Shown: in pieces, positions 35,384 through 45,028 of the stretch
Layout of the letters: each line of letters begins with the position of its first letter
Position numbering within the stretch: position 1 is the stretch's first letter
Assembly (NCBI GenBank): GCA_963720645.1
Contig: CAVRFX010000021.1
Coordinates: 221,313-285,312 of the forward strand
DNA length: 64,000 bases
DNA from: an uncultured Actinomycetes bacterium
GTDB lineage: Bacteria; Actinomycetota; Actinomycetes; Streptosporangiales; Streptosporangiaceae
Reading direction: 5' to 3'
Program-made: the position numbers and the translations under genes
The notes under the pieces: model-generated
Databases searched by the model: none
What the model was told of the DNA's origin: nothing
What the model saw: only the letters and a program-made list of their open reading frames with translations

Positions 35384-37638
35384 GTGAGCATTCTGGGTAC
35401 ACGGGTCGTGCGCACGGAGGACCCCCGGCTGCTCACCCAGGGCGGCGTCTACACCGATGACCTGCGGATCCCGGAGCTGGGCGGGGCGGCCCGGATCACG
35501 TTCGTGCGCAGCCCGATCGCGCACGCCCGGATCACCGGCATCGACACCGCGGCGGCGCTGGCCTCCCCGGGCGTGGTGGCCGTGCTGACCGCGGCCGACA
35601 TGGACGATCTCCCCCGGGCCGGCCGCGGCCGACCACGGAACCGCTGCTGGCCGCCGGCCGGGTCCGCTACGTCGGCGAGGCCGTCGCGATCGTGGTCACC
35701 GAGGAGGGCTACCACGGCGAGGACGCGGCCGAGCTGGTCAGCGTGGACTACGACCCGCTGCCGGCCGTGGTGGACCTCGACGACGCTCTGGCCGGCGGCA
35801 CGCTGCTGTTCGACGGCACCGACTCCAACGTGATCGGGTCCGGCGGCGAGCCGGCCCCGCCGGACGCGTTCGGCGGCTGTGAGGTCGTGGTCCAGCGCAC
35901 GTTCCCCAACCAGCGGCTCGCGCCGCTGCCACTGGAAGGCCGCGCGGCCGCGGCGCGCTGGGCGGACGGCAGGCTGACGCTGTGGGCCAGCACCCAGAAC
36001 GCGCAGCTGGCCCGGGACGCGGTGGCCAGGGCGGTCGGGCTGGACACCGCGGCGGTCCGGGTCATCGCCCCCGACGTGGGCGGCGGCTTCGGCGCCAAGA
36101 TCGCCGTTGACCGGGACACGATCATCGTGGCCTGGGCGGCCAGGCACACCGGCCGCCCGGTGCGCTGGGTGGAGACCCGGAACGAGAACCTGCTCGGCAT
36201 GGTGCACGGCCGGGCGCAGCGGCACACGATCACGATCGGCGGCCGCCGCGACGGCCGGATCCTCGCCTACCACCTGGACATCGTCCAGGACGCCGGGGCC
36301 TACCCGCGGGGCGCCACCTTCCTGCCCGGGCTCACCCAGCTGATGGCCAGCGGCGTGTACGACCTGCCGTACTGCGGGGCGGCGTTCCGCTCGGTGCTGA
36401 CCAGCACCATGCCGATCGGCGCCTACCGGGGTGCGGGGCGGCCGGAGGCCACGGCCGCGATCGAGCGGGCCGTGGACCTGTTCGCCGCGGAGATCGGGAT
36501 GGACCCGGCCGACGTCCGGCGGCGCAACCTGGTCCCGCCGGAGGCGTTCCCGTACACCACCCTCAACGGGGCGGTCTACGACACCGGTGACTACGCGGTC
36601 GCCCTGGACGCGGTGCTGGACGGGGCGGGCTACCAGGAGCTGCGCGGGGAACAGGCGCGCCGGCGCGCCGGGGGCGGCCCGGTCCAGCTCGGCATCGGCC
36701 TGGCCACCTACGTGGAGATCACCGCCGGGGACGGAGATGGGGAGACGTCCCGGGTGGTGGTGGACGCCACCGGGGCGGCCACCGTGTACACCGGCAGCTC
36801 CCCGCACGGCCAGGGCCACCAGACCGCGTTCGCGATGCTGGTCACCGACCAGCTCGGCATCCCGATGGACCGGATCACCGTCATCCACGGGGACACCGAC
36901 CAGGTGCCCACCGGGGTCGGGACCTTCGGCTCCCGCTCGCTCCAGCTCGGCGGCACCGCCGTCCACCAGGCCACGCTCGGTGTCAAGGAGCAGGCGCGTC
37001 AGGTGGCAGCGGGCATGATCGAGGCCAGCCAGGCGGACCTGGAGCTGGACACGGCCACCGGCACCTGGCAGGTCCGCGGCGACCCGGACACTGCGCTGAC
37101 CTGGGCGGAGGTGGCCGCGCAGGCCGGGCCGGCCGGGCTGGCCGCCGACGTCGAGTTTCGCGCGGCCAGTCCCACGTTCCCGTTCGGGGCCCACCTGGCC
37201 GTGGTCGAGGTGGACACCCAGACCGGGAAGGCCACCCTGATCCGGCACGTGACCGTGGACGACGCCGGGAAGGTGCTGAACCCGGTGCTGGCCGAAGGGC
37301 AGCGGCACGGCGGCATCGCCCAGGGCGCGGCGCAGGCGCTGCTGGAAGAGATGCGCTACGACAGCGAGGGCAACCCGCTGACCAGCACGCTGGCCGACTA
37401 CGCGGCGATCACCGCCACCGAGCTGCCGTCCTTCGAGCTGCTCGCGATGGAGACCCCGACGAGCGTCAACGTGCTCGGGGTCAAGGGCATCGGCGAGGCC
37501 GGCACGATCGGCGCCACCCCGGCCGTGCACAACGCGGTCATCGATGCGGTCGCCCATCTCGGGGTGCGGCACATCGACATGCCGGCCACGCCGCAGCGGG
37601 TCTGGGCGGCGATCAACGAGGCGAAAGGCAGCGCGTGA
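35384..37638 (+). pseudogene. molybdopterin-binding large subunit of xanthine dehydrogenase/CoxL family, with a 1-nt frameshift near the 5' end
   Basis: N-terminus is V-SILGTRVVRTEDPRLLTQGGVYTDDL in the frame of ORF 35339. The remainder, EPLLAAGRVRYVGEAVAIVVTEEG... to the end, is in the frame of ORF 35692..37638. GGAGGAG precedes GTG 35384. Confidence 0.85.
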
Positions 37639-38114
37639 AGGTCACAGTGATGGTCAACGGCGCCCCGGTGGCGGCCGACGTGGAGGACCGGATGCTGCTC
37701 GTGCACTTCCTGCGCGAGACAGCCGGCCTGACCGCCACCAACATCGGGTGCGACACCACCTCCTGCGGCGCGTGCACGGTGCTGCTGGACGGCGAGTCGG
37801 TGAAGTCCTGCACGCTCCTCGCGGCGCAGGCGGACGGCCGCCAGGTGACCACCGTGGAAGGGCTGGCCGGCCCCGGTGGCGAGCTGCACCCCATGCAGCG
37901 TGCGTTCCGCGCCGAGCACGGGCTGCAGTGCGGTTTCTGCACCCCCGGCATGGTCATGGCGTCGGTGTCGCTGCTGCGGGAGAACCCGCACCCCACCGAG
38001 TCGCAGGTCCGGGCCGGGCTGGAGGGCAACCTGTGCCGGTGCACCGGCTACCACAACATCGTCCGGGCGGTGCTGGCCGCGGCGGAGTTCCGGCACCGAG
38101 GAAGGGCTGGGTTA
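37635..38114 (+). CDS. (2Fe-2S)-binding small subunit (CoxS-like)
   Basis: [15 protein letters not shown]...[13 protein letters not shown]...[12 protein letters not shown]. There is no stop before the next domain. Confidence 0.85.
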
Positions 38115-38936
38115 ATGATTCCCGCGCCGTTCGCCTACCGGCGCGCGGATTCCGTGGCGGAGGCCCTCGACCTGATCGCTGAGCACGGCGACGACGCCAA
38201 GTTCCTGGCCGGCGGTCATTCGCTGCTGCCGCTGATGAAACTGCGGCTGGCCATGCCGGAGGTGCTCATCGACCTCGGCCCGGTGCGGGAGCTCAGCTAC
38301 GTCCGCGAGGAGGACGGGCACATCGCGATCGGGGCGCTGACCCGCCACCACGACCTGGAGCACTCCGGCGTGCTGGCCCGGGCCGTGCCGCTGCTCGCGC
38401 ACGCGGCCGGCCAGGTGGGCGACCCGCAGGTCCGGCACCGGGGCACGATCGGCGGGACGCTGGCGCACAGCGACCCCGCGTCCGACCTGCCCGCCACCGT
38501 TCTTGCGCTGGACGCCACGCTGGTGGCCCGCGGGCCGTCCGGGACCCGCGAGATCGCCGCGGCCGACTTCTTCCAGGGCCTGTTCGAGACCGCGCTGGAA
38601 CCCGACGAGCTGCTCACCGAGATCCGGGTCCCGGTGCCCGCGCCGGGTGCGGCCGGCTGGTCCTTCCAGAAGTTCACCAAGCGGGCCATCGACTGGGCCA
38701 TCGTCGGGGTCGCGGTGCAGGGCACGGCCGTCGCGCTGGTGAACATGGCGGGCACGCCGGTCCGGGCCGCGGGAGTGGAGCGTGCGCTGGCCGCCGGCGC
38801 CACGCCCGCGGAGGCCGCCGCGCACGCCGCCGAAGGCACCACCCCGGGCGATGACATCAACGCCAGCCCGGCCTATCGTGAGCATCTCGCCCGGGTCCTC
38901 GTGGAGCGGGCGCTGGTCGAGGCACAGGCTGTTTGA
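38115..38936 (+). CDS. FAD-binding medium subunit (CoxM-like)
   Basis: [49 protein letters not shown] 38115 follows GAGGAAGGG. Confidence 0.85.
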   Translation: MIPAPFAYRRADSVAEALDLIAEHGDDAKFLAGGHSLLPLMKLRLAMPEVLIDLGPVRELSYVREEDGHIAIGALTRHHDLEHSGVLARAVPLLAHAAGQVGDPQVRHRGTIGGTLAHSDPASDLPATVLALDATLVARGPSGTREIAAADFFQGLFETALEPDELLTEIRVPVPAPGAAGWSFQKFTKRAIDWAIVGVAVQGTAVALVNMAGTPVRAAGVERALAAGATPAEAAAHAAEGTTPGDDINASPAYREHLARVLVERALVEAQAV

Positions 38937-38996
38937 AGCACGGTCCGCTTGAAGCACGGTCCGCTTGAAGCACGGTCCGCTTGAAGCACGGTCCGC
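38933..38996. repeat. perfect tandem repeat, 16 bp x4 (TTGAAGCACGGTCCGC), first copy containing the CoxM stop codon
   Basis: Read directly: copies at 38933-48, 38949-64, 38965-80 and 38981-96. Confidence 0.95.
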
Positions 38997-39022
38997 CGCG
39001 GGCCTTAACGCACTGGAGAATC

Positions 39023-40141
39023 ATGAGCGCTCGCACCACGCCGCCGTTCCGCGCCGACCACGTGGGCAGCCTGCTCCGGCCGCCCGGGCTGCTCGCCGCC
39101 CGGGAAGAATTCGCGGCCGGGCGCATCCCCGCCGGGCAGCTGCGGGCCGCCGAGGACGCCGCGATCGCCGACGTGGTCAGGATGCAGGAGAACGTCGGCC
39201 TGCAGTCGGCCACGGACGGTGAGTTCCGCCGCGCCTCGTGGCACATGGACTTCATTTACCAGCTGGGCGGCATCGGCCAGGCGCCGGGGAACCTGTCGGT
39301 CAAGTTCCACAACCCGGCCGGGGACATCGAGTACACCCCCGCCGCGCTGACCGTGACCCGGAAGGTCGGGCTGGACCACACGATCTTCGGCCCGGACTTC
39401 GAGTACCTGAAGTCGGTCGTGACCACGGCCGTGCCCAAGCAGACGATCCCGTCGCCCAACATGGTCCACTACCGGGGCGGCCCGGCCATGATCGACCCGG
39501 CCGTGTACCCGGACATCGAGGAGTTCTGGACCGATCTGGCCGCGGCCTACGCCGACGAGGTAGCCCGCCTGGCCGCGCTGGGCTGCACCTACCTGCAGTT
39601 CGACGACACCAGCCTCGCCTACCTCAACGACCCGGCCCAGCGGGCCGAGATCGCCGCGCGCGGCGACGATGCCGAGCACCTGCACTTGCGGTACATCAAG
39701 CAGGTCAACGCGGCGCTGGCCGGCAAGCCCGGCGGGATGGCCGTGACCACCCACCTGTGCCGGGGCAACTTCCAGTCCTCCTGGGCCGCCTCCGGCAGCT
39801 ACGACTTCGTGGCCGAGGCGCTGTTCGGCGAGCTGAACGTGGACGGGTTCTTCCTGGAGTTCGACGATGAGCGGTCCGGCGGGTTCGAGCCGCTGCGGTT
39901 CGTGCCGCCCGGCAAGATGGTCGTGCTGGGCCTGGTGACGACCAAGCGCGGCCAGCTGGAAAACCCTGACGACCTCAAGCGGCGGATCGACGAGGCGGCG
40001 CGGTTCGTGCCGCTGGACCAGCTGTGCCTGTCCGGCCAGTGCGGGTTCTCGTCCACCGTCGAGGGCAACACCCTCAGCTACGACGAGGAAGTCGCCAAGC
40101 TCGAGCTCATCGTCAAGGTCGCCGCCGACGTCTGGGGCTGA
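39023..40141 (+). CDS. cobalamin-independent methionine synthase (MetE) C-terminal-domain family methyltransferase
   Basis: PPFRADHVGSLLRP...TDGEFRR.SW...HLCRGN...LEFDDERSGGFEPL...GLVTTK. GGAGAA SD is present. Confidence 0.85.
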   Translation: MSARTTPPFRADHVGSLLRPPGLLAAREEFAAGRIPAGQLRAAEDAAIADVVRMQENVGLQSATDGEFRRASWHMDFIYQLGGIGQAPGNLSVKFHNPAGDIEYTPAALTVTRKVGLDHTIFGPDFEYLKSVVTTAVPKQTIPSPNMVHYRGGPAMIDPAVYPDIEEFWTDLAAAYADEVARLAALGCTYLQFDDTSLAYLNDPAQRAEIAARGDDAEHLHLRYIKQVNAALAGKPGGMAVTTHLCRGNFQSSWAASGSYDFVAEALFGELNVDGFFLEFDDERSGGFEPLRFVPPGKMVVLGLVTTKRGQLENPDDLKRRIDEAARFVPLDQLCLSGQCGFSSTVEGNTLSYDEEVAKLELIVKVAADVWG

Positions 40142-40169
40142 CTGGCGGGGGCTGACTGGCCGGGGCTGA
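40134..40169. repeat. tandem repeat, 14 bp x2.6 (GGGGCTGACTGGCS), first copy containing the MetE-like stop codon
   Basis: Read directly: TGA at 40139, 40153 and 40167. Confidence 0.9.
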
Positions 40170-40398
40170 ACCACTGGGCCCGGAGCTGGGCATATGCGGC
40201 TGAAGCCCGCAAACCCGCGGCCCGGGCTGACCTGCCGGCCATCTGTTAACGGAAAAACGCGCGTCACTGGAGTCACAGGCGCTAGCTTTACCCTCGGCGC
40301 CGCCGGGCTGTCCGGCCCAGGTTTCTGCCGCAATTTAAGACATCCCGTCGTTATCCACCCCTGGCTTTGTCCCGGGGGGATTCAGTGGTGAGGTAGCA

Positions 40399-40614
40399 AT
40401 GGCCGAGGATCATGCGAAGTCTGTCCCAGGTTCCGCCGCTGGCGTCACGTGGCGCAAGAGCACGTTCAGTGCGTATAACGGCTCATGTGTGGAAGTAGCC
40501 GACCTTGCGCCCGCCCAGATCGGCGTGCGCGACTCCAAGGCCGGCCCGCACAGCCCCGTGCTCGTGTTCGACCGCGCGGACTGGGCCTCGTTCCTGCGTA
40601 CCCTCAAGGACTAA
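40399..40614 (+). CDS. DUF397 domain protein
   Basis: VTWRKSTFSAYNGSCVEVADLAPAQIGVRDSK. Confidence 0.85.
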   Translation: MAEDHAKSVPGSAAGVTWRKSTFSAYNGSCVEVADLAPAQIGVRDSKAGPHSPVLVFDRADWASFLRTLKD

Positions 40615-41504
40615 GCCGGGTCGCCTGCTGCCCAGTGGGTGCGCGCCGCGGCGCTGATCATCGCCCGTGACTGCTCTTTGCCCGCGGCGGTCGCGGTGAG
40701 TGCCTCGAACGTGACCCGGTACCGGAAGACGTGCTCGTCGTTCTCCAGGTAGTAGGCGCCCGTGAGGTGCTCGACCTCGACCATGTCGCCGAGCAGCATG
40801 TCATGAACCGGGTCGAAATGCAGGTACGAAAAGGCGCCGGTGCCTACCGGGTGCGCACCGGTCAGCGGGAGAACCCGGAGCGTCACATTGGGCAGCGCCG
40901 CGAGTTCTTCCAGCCGGAGCAGCTGCGCCCGCATCACCGCGTCGTCGCCGAACCTCCGGTACAGGGTGGATTCGTCAACGACGACGGACAGGCTCAGCGG
41001 CGGATGGCGGTCGAATAGCTGGGTCTGGCGCCGCCGCCTTATCCTTATCCGGCGTTCCGCGTCTCCCGGTGGCAGCTTGAACATGTCCTGATACCCGGCC
41101 AGCACGTGCCGGGCATAAGCATCAGTCTGGATGAGACCGGGAACAATCTGCGGATCCCAGATCCACACGGCGTCCGCCTCGGCTTCGGCGTAAAGGTAGG
41201 TGGCGTAGTCCGCGGGAAGTCCCGCGGTCGCCGATTCGAGCCAGCTGGACGAGGCCGACTCGTGCAGCAGAGCCAGGACCTGCTCGCGGTGAGCAGGCTC
41301 AACCTGGTAAAGGTCTAAGAGTTTCCTGAGATCGGCCAGCTTGACACCGATCCGGTGGGTCTCGATCCGGCTGATCTTCGACCCGGACCAGCTGAGGAGT
41401 TCGGCGGCCTGATCCCCGGTCAGATCGGCGCGCTCGCGCAGGCGGCGTAGCTCGGCGGCGAGCCTGCGGCGCCTGATGGTCTGACTGGCGCGGTCAGAGG
41501 GCAT
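40611..41504 (-). CDS. XRE-family HTH regulator with DUF5753 domain
   Basis: RRRLAAELRRLRERADLTGDQAAELLSWSGSKISRIETHR...YLYAEAEADAVWIWDPQIVPGLIQTDAYARHV. ATG 41504 follows GGAGGAG. Its stop codon overlaps that of the convergent DUF397 gene. Confidence 0.85.
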   Translation of the reverse strand: MPSDRASQTIRRRRLAAELRRLRERADLTGDQAAELLSWSGSKISRIETHRIGVKLADLRKLLDLYQVEPAHREQVLALLHESASSSWLESATAGLPADYATYLYAEAEADAVWIWDPQIVPGLIQTDAYARHVLAGYQDMFKLPPGDAERRIRIRRRRQTQLFDRHPPLSLSVVVDESTLYRRFGDDAVMRAQLLRLEELAALPNVTLRVLPLTGAHPVGTGAFSYLHFDPVHDMLLGDMVEVEHLTGAYYLENDEHVFRYRVTFEALTATAAGKEQSRAMISAAARTHWAAGDPA

Positions 41505-41609
41505 CGATCCGCTCCTCCGGCGTTGGGGTGGGCCGGTGGCGTGTGACTGAGTTCCAGAGTAACCGCGGCAAGACAATGCGTTAACAACCTGCCCGCGGCA
41601 CGCACCGGC

Positions 41610-42224
41610 TCAGCGGTGCACCGCGGCGAGCAGCGCCGCATAGGAGCGGACCAGGGCCGCGTGCTCCCGGGCCAGCAGCGGGCTGTCTGCGCGGCAGCCC
41701 TCGGCGACCCACTGGTCCGACAGGTCCATGGCCTCGGTGCGGTACACCGCGGCGGGCCGGACCGCGTCAGCCGGCTCGTCATAGAGCAACGTGTACAGCC
41801 GGGTGAGCGCCTCGACGAGCTCGTCCGCCGCGTTGCCGTCGATGGGCTGCGCCGCATGCTGGCGCTGCCGGTGCACCCGCCACCAGTCCACCTCCAGCCG
41901 GGCGGCCTCCGGCACGTCCCGCGGCTCGCCGTAACTGATCTTCAGCAGGCCGTAGAAGCGGCGCATGCACCGCCGGGCGCCTTCCGGGTCGTTGTCCGCG
42001 GGCGCCCACAGCTGGTTGGCCCGCAGCACCAGCCAGGCGCCGTGCAGGGTGCGCACCCAGTCCATCCCGAACCCGGCGCGGACCAGGCCCACCGACGCCC
42101 GCAGCACGCCGGGCCAGTCGCGCCGGTAGTAGCCGACCCAGGCGCGGAATTCCAGGTCCGCCACCCGCAGCGGGTCGAACGAGCGGAGCCGCCCCGGGCT
42201 CGCCCCTGGCCCACCGATCCCCAT
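41610..42224 (-). CDS. hypothetical protein
   Basis: 204 codons with high GC3. I recognise no family. Confidence 0.5.
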   Translation of the reverse strand: MGIGGPGASPGRLRSFDPLRVADLEFRAWVGYYRRDWPGVLRASVGLVRAGFGMDWVRTLHGAWLVLRANQLWAPADNDPEGARRCMRRFYGLLKISYGEPRDVPEAARLEVDWWRVHRQRQHAAQPIDGNAADELVEALTRLYTLLYDEPADAVRPAAVYRTEAMDLSDQWVAEGCRADSPLLAREHAALVRSYAALLAAVHR

Positions 42225-42301
42225 GGTCTGCCCCCCTGGCTTGCTGAGAACTCACTGTGACCCGGCCCGGAGGATCCGCGCCGCGTTGCTACCGTCCAGT
42301 C

Positions 42302-45028
42302 ATGAATCTTCTCAGCCGTCGGCGCGGCCGCAAGCTCGGCGCGCTGGCGGCCGCGGCCGTCCTGCTGGCGGCCGTGATCGCGGTGCTGGTCGTGGTGATC
42401 CGCCAGCCGGTGCCGGTCACGGCGCAGAATCTGCGGATCCCGGTGACCGACGGCCCGGGCGGCGACCAGCACGTGGTGCTGGACGCCACGTTCTTCACCC
42501 CGCCCGGCGGTGGCCGGGTGCCCGCGATACTGCTCGCGCACGGGTTCGGGGAGACCAAGGACGCGGTCCGGCCGGAGGCCGAGCAGCTGGCCCGGGCGGG
42601 TTTCGCGGTGCTGACCTGGTCCGCGCGCGGATTCGGCCGGTCCACCGGCCAGGTCGCCCTCGACTCGCCCGGCTACGAGGTGAAAGACGTCGGGCAGCTG
42701 GTCAGCTGGCTGGCCCGGCAGCCGCGGGTGCGGCTGGACGGCCCGGGGGATCCCCGGGTGGGCATCACGGGATCGTCGTACGGGGGGGCCATCGCGCTGC
42801 TCGCCGCGGCCTATGACCACCGGATCGACGCGATCGTGCCCCAGGCCACCTGGTACAACCTGGCCAGCGCGCTGTTCCCGGACGGCGTGTTCAAGAAGCA
42901 GTGGGCCGGGCTGCTCTTCACCCAGGGGACGGCGGCGGGGTCCGGGACAGCCGCCGGATCCGGGACAGCGGGGCCCGCCGCGCTCTGCGGGCGCTTCCTG
43001 CCCGCACTGTGTGCCATGTACCAGCAGGTGGCCACGCTCGGCCGCGCCACCCCGCGGGCGATCTCCCTGCTCGAACGGTCCAGCCCGTCGAGCGTGGCCA
43101 GCCGGATCGGCGTGCCCACGCTGCTGATCCAGGGCGAGGACGACTCCCTGTTCGGCCTGGACCAGGCGAACGCCAACGACCAGGCCATCCGCCGTAACGG
43201 CGCACCGGTGGACATGGTGTGGTTCGCGGGCGGCCACGACGGCGGGAACCAGGAGACCAGCCGGATCACCCAGCTCACCATCGGCTGGTTCCAGCGGTGG
43301 CTGACCCCCCGGCGCCGGTGGTCCCCCGCAGATCCCGCCGCGGCGACGGGGCAGCCGGCCTTCGCGGTCACCCGCGACCTGGGCTACGACCCCTCGAGCG
43401 GGAACGAGGTGCTGGGCGTCGCCACCGCGCCCAGCTACCCGGGCCTGGCCGGGACCAGGCACACCGCGGTGCCGCTCCGGGGCCCTGCCCAGGCCATCAT
43501 CAACCCGCCCGGCGGTGCCCCCCCATCGATGTCGGTGCTGCCAGGCCTGGGCACGGGCGGCGTGGGCACGGGCGCCCTGGGCGTGGGGCTGCCGATGCCC
43601 GGCCAGAGCGCCGCGTTCACCTCGGCCCCGCTGGCCGCCCCGCTGCGGCAGACCGGCTCCGCCACCGTGGCGGTCCGGGTCGGCGGCGCCGCGGACATCA
43701 CCGTGTTCGCCGCGGTGTACGACGTCGATCAGGCCGGTAACGCCACGCTGCCGTTCCAGCTGGCCGCGCCGGTGCGGGTGACCGGGGCGGCCCCGGGCCG
43801 CACGGTCACCGTGACCCTGCCCGCGATGGACTACCAGTTCGCCGCGGGACACCGGCTCCGCCTGGTGCTGACCAGCACCGACTTCGGCTACGCCACCTCG
43901 CCGGCGGCCGCGGCCTACCGGGTGGCGCTGGCCGGGCCGGGTCTGTCGGTCCCGTCCGATCCGGCGCTGCAGATCGCGGGCGGCGGCGTCCCCTGGTGGA
44001 CGTGGGCGGCGCCGGCCGCGGCACTGGCAGCGGCGGCGGTGATCCTCCTGGCCCGGCCCCGGGCACGTCCGCGTGTCCCGCCGTCCCGCGCCGCGCCGGT
44101 GCCCGCGCCCCGCGCCGATGTCCCCCTGGAGATCACCGGCCTCACCAAGCGCTACGGGGACGGCCAGCTGGCGGTGGACGGGCTGTCGCTGCGCGTGGAA
44201 CGGGGCCAGATCCTCGGCCTGCTGGGCCCGAACGGCGCGGGGAAGACCACCACGCTGCGCGCGCTGATGGGCCTGGTCCACCCGGACGCGGGGACGATCA
44301 CGATCTTCGGCCAGCTGGTCCGCCCCGGCGCGCCCGCGCTGTCCCGGCTCGGCTCGTTCGTGGAGGGGCCAGGGTTCCTGCCGCACCTGTCCGGCCGGGC
44401 CAACCTGGACCTGTACTGGCGGGCGACCGGGCGGCCCGCGGCCGCAGCGCACCTCGACGAGGTCCTGCGGATCGCCGGGCTCGGCGCCGCCCTCGACCGC
44501 CGGGTACGGTCCTACTCCCGCGGGATGAGCCAGCGGCTGGCCATCGCCCAGGCCATGCTGGGCCTCCCGGACCTGCTCGTCCTGGACGAGCCGATGAACG
44601 GCCTGGACCCGCCGCAGATCAGGGAGATGCGCGATGCCCTGCTCGGGTACGCGGCCGCGGGCCGGACCGTGATCCTGTCCAGCCACCTGCTCGGCGAGGT
44701 CGAGCAGACCTGCACCCACCTGGTCGTCATGCACCGGGGCCGCGGTCTCGCGGCCGGCCCGGTCACCCAGATCACCGGCGACGGCGCGGCCCTGGTCGTG
44801 GGCACCTCCCAGGCGCAGCGCGCCGTCACGGTGCTGCGCGGCCTGGCCGGCATCGAGGCCGCGGAGACCCACCCGGACGGTGTCGTCGTCCACCCCAACG
44901 GGGTCGCCCCGTCCGCGGTGGTCGCCGCCCTGGTCGGCGCGGGGATCCCGGTGGACCGTATCGGCCCGGGCCGCCGCCTCGAAGACGCCTTCCTGGACCT
45001 CATCGGCGCATCCGGGAGTGACCAGTGA
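42302..45028 (+). CDS. fusion protein: signal-anchored alpha/beta hydrolase (CocE/NonD, S15-like) + TM segment + ABC transporter ATP-binding domain
   Basis: N-terminal TM is LGALAAAAVLLAAVIAVLVVVI. Hydrolase part has HGFGETKD and the GxSxG nucleophile GITGSSYGG. The second TM is WWTWAAPAAALAAAAVILLA. The NBD has GLLGPNGAGKTT, the signature MSQRLAIAQAM and Walker B LLVLDEP. Confidence 0.8.
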   Translation: MNLLSRRRGRKLGALAAAAVLLAAVIAVLVVVIRQPVPVTAQNLRIPVTDGPGGDQHVVLDATFFTPPGGGRVPAILLAHGFGETKDAVRPEAEQLARAGFAVLTWSARGFGRSTGQVALDSPGYEVKDVGQLVSWLARQPRVRLDGPGDPRVGITGSSYGGAIALLAAAYDHRIDAIVPQATWYNLASALFPDGVFKKQWAGLLFTQGTAAGSGTAAGSGTAGPAALCGRFLPALCAMYQQVATLGRATPRAISLLERSSPSSVASRIGVPTLLIQGEDDSLFGLDQANANDQAIRRNGAPVDMVWFAGGHDGGNQETSRITQLTIGWFQRWLTPRRRWSPADPAAATGQPAFAVTRDLGYDPSSGNEVLGVATAPSYPGLAGTRHTAVPLRGPAQAIINPPGGAPPSMSVLPGLGTGGVGTGALGVGLPMPGQSAAFTSAPLAAPLRQTGSATVAVRVGGAADITVFAAVYDVDQAGNATLPFQLAAPVRVTGAAPGRTVTVTLPAMDYQFAAGHRLRLVLTSTDFGYATSPAAAAYRVALAGPGLSVPSDPALQIAGGGVPWWTWAAPAAALAAAAVILLARPRARPRVPPSRAAPVPAPRADVPLEITGLTKRYGDGQLAVDGLSLRVERGQILGLLGPNGAGKTTTLRALMGLVHPDAGTITIFGQLVRPGAPALSRLGSFVEGPGFLPHLSGRANLDLYWRATGRPAAAAHLDEVLRIAGLGAALDRRVRSYSRGMSQRLAIAQAMLGLPDLLVLDEPMNGLDPPQIREMRDALLGYAAAGRTVILSSHLLGEVEQTCTHLVVMHRGRGLAAGPVTQITGDGAALVVGTSQAQRAVTVLRGLAGIEAAETHPDGVVVHPNGVAPSAVVAALVGAGIPVDRIGPGRRLEDAFLDLIGASGSDQ

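Noticed and set aside
38933-38996. Tandem repeats (16, 15, 14, 7 and 99 bp arrays) as CRISPR arrays.
   Set aside because: The repeats are directly adjacent with no unique spacers, and there are no cas genes in the window.
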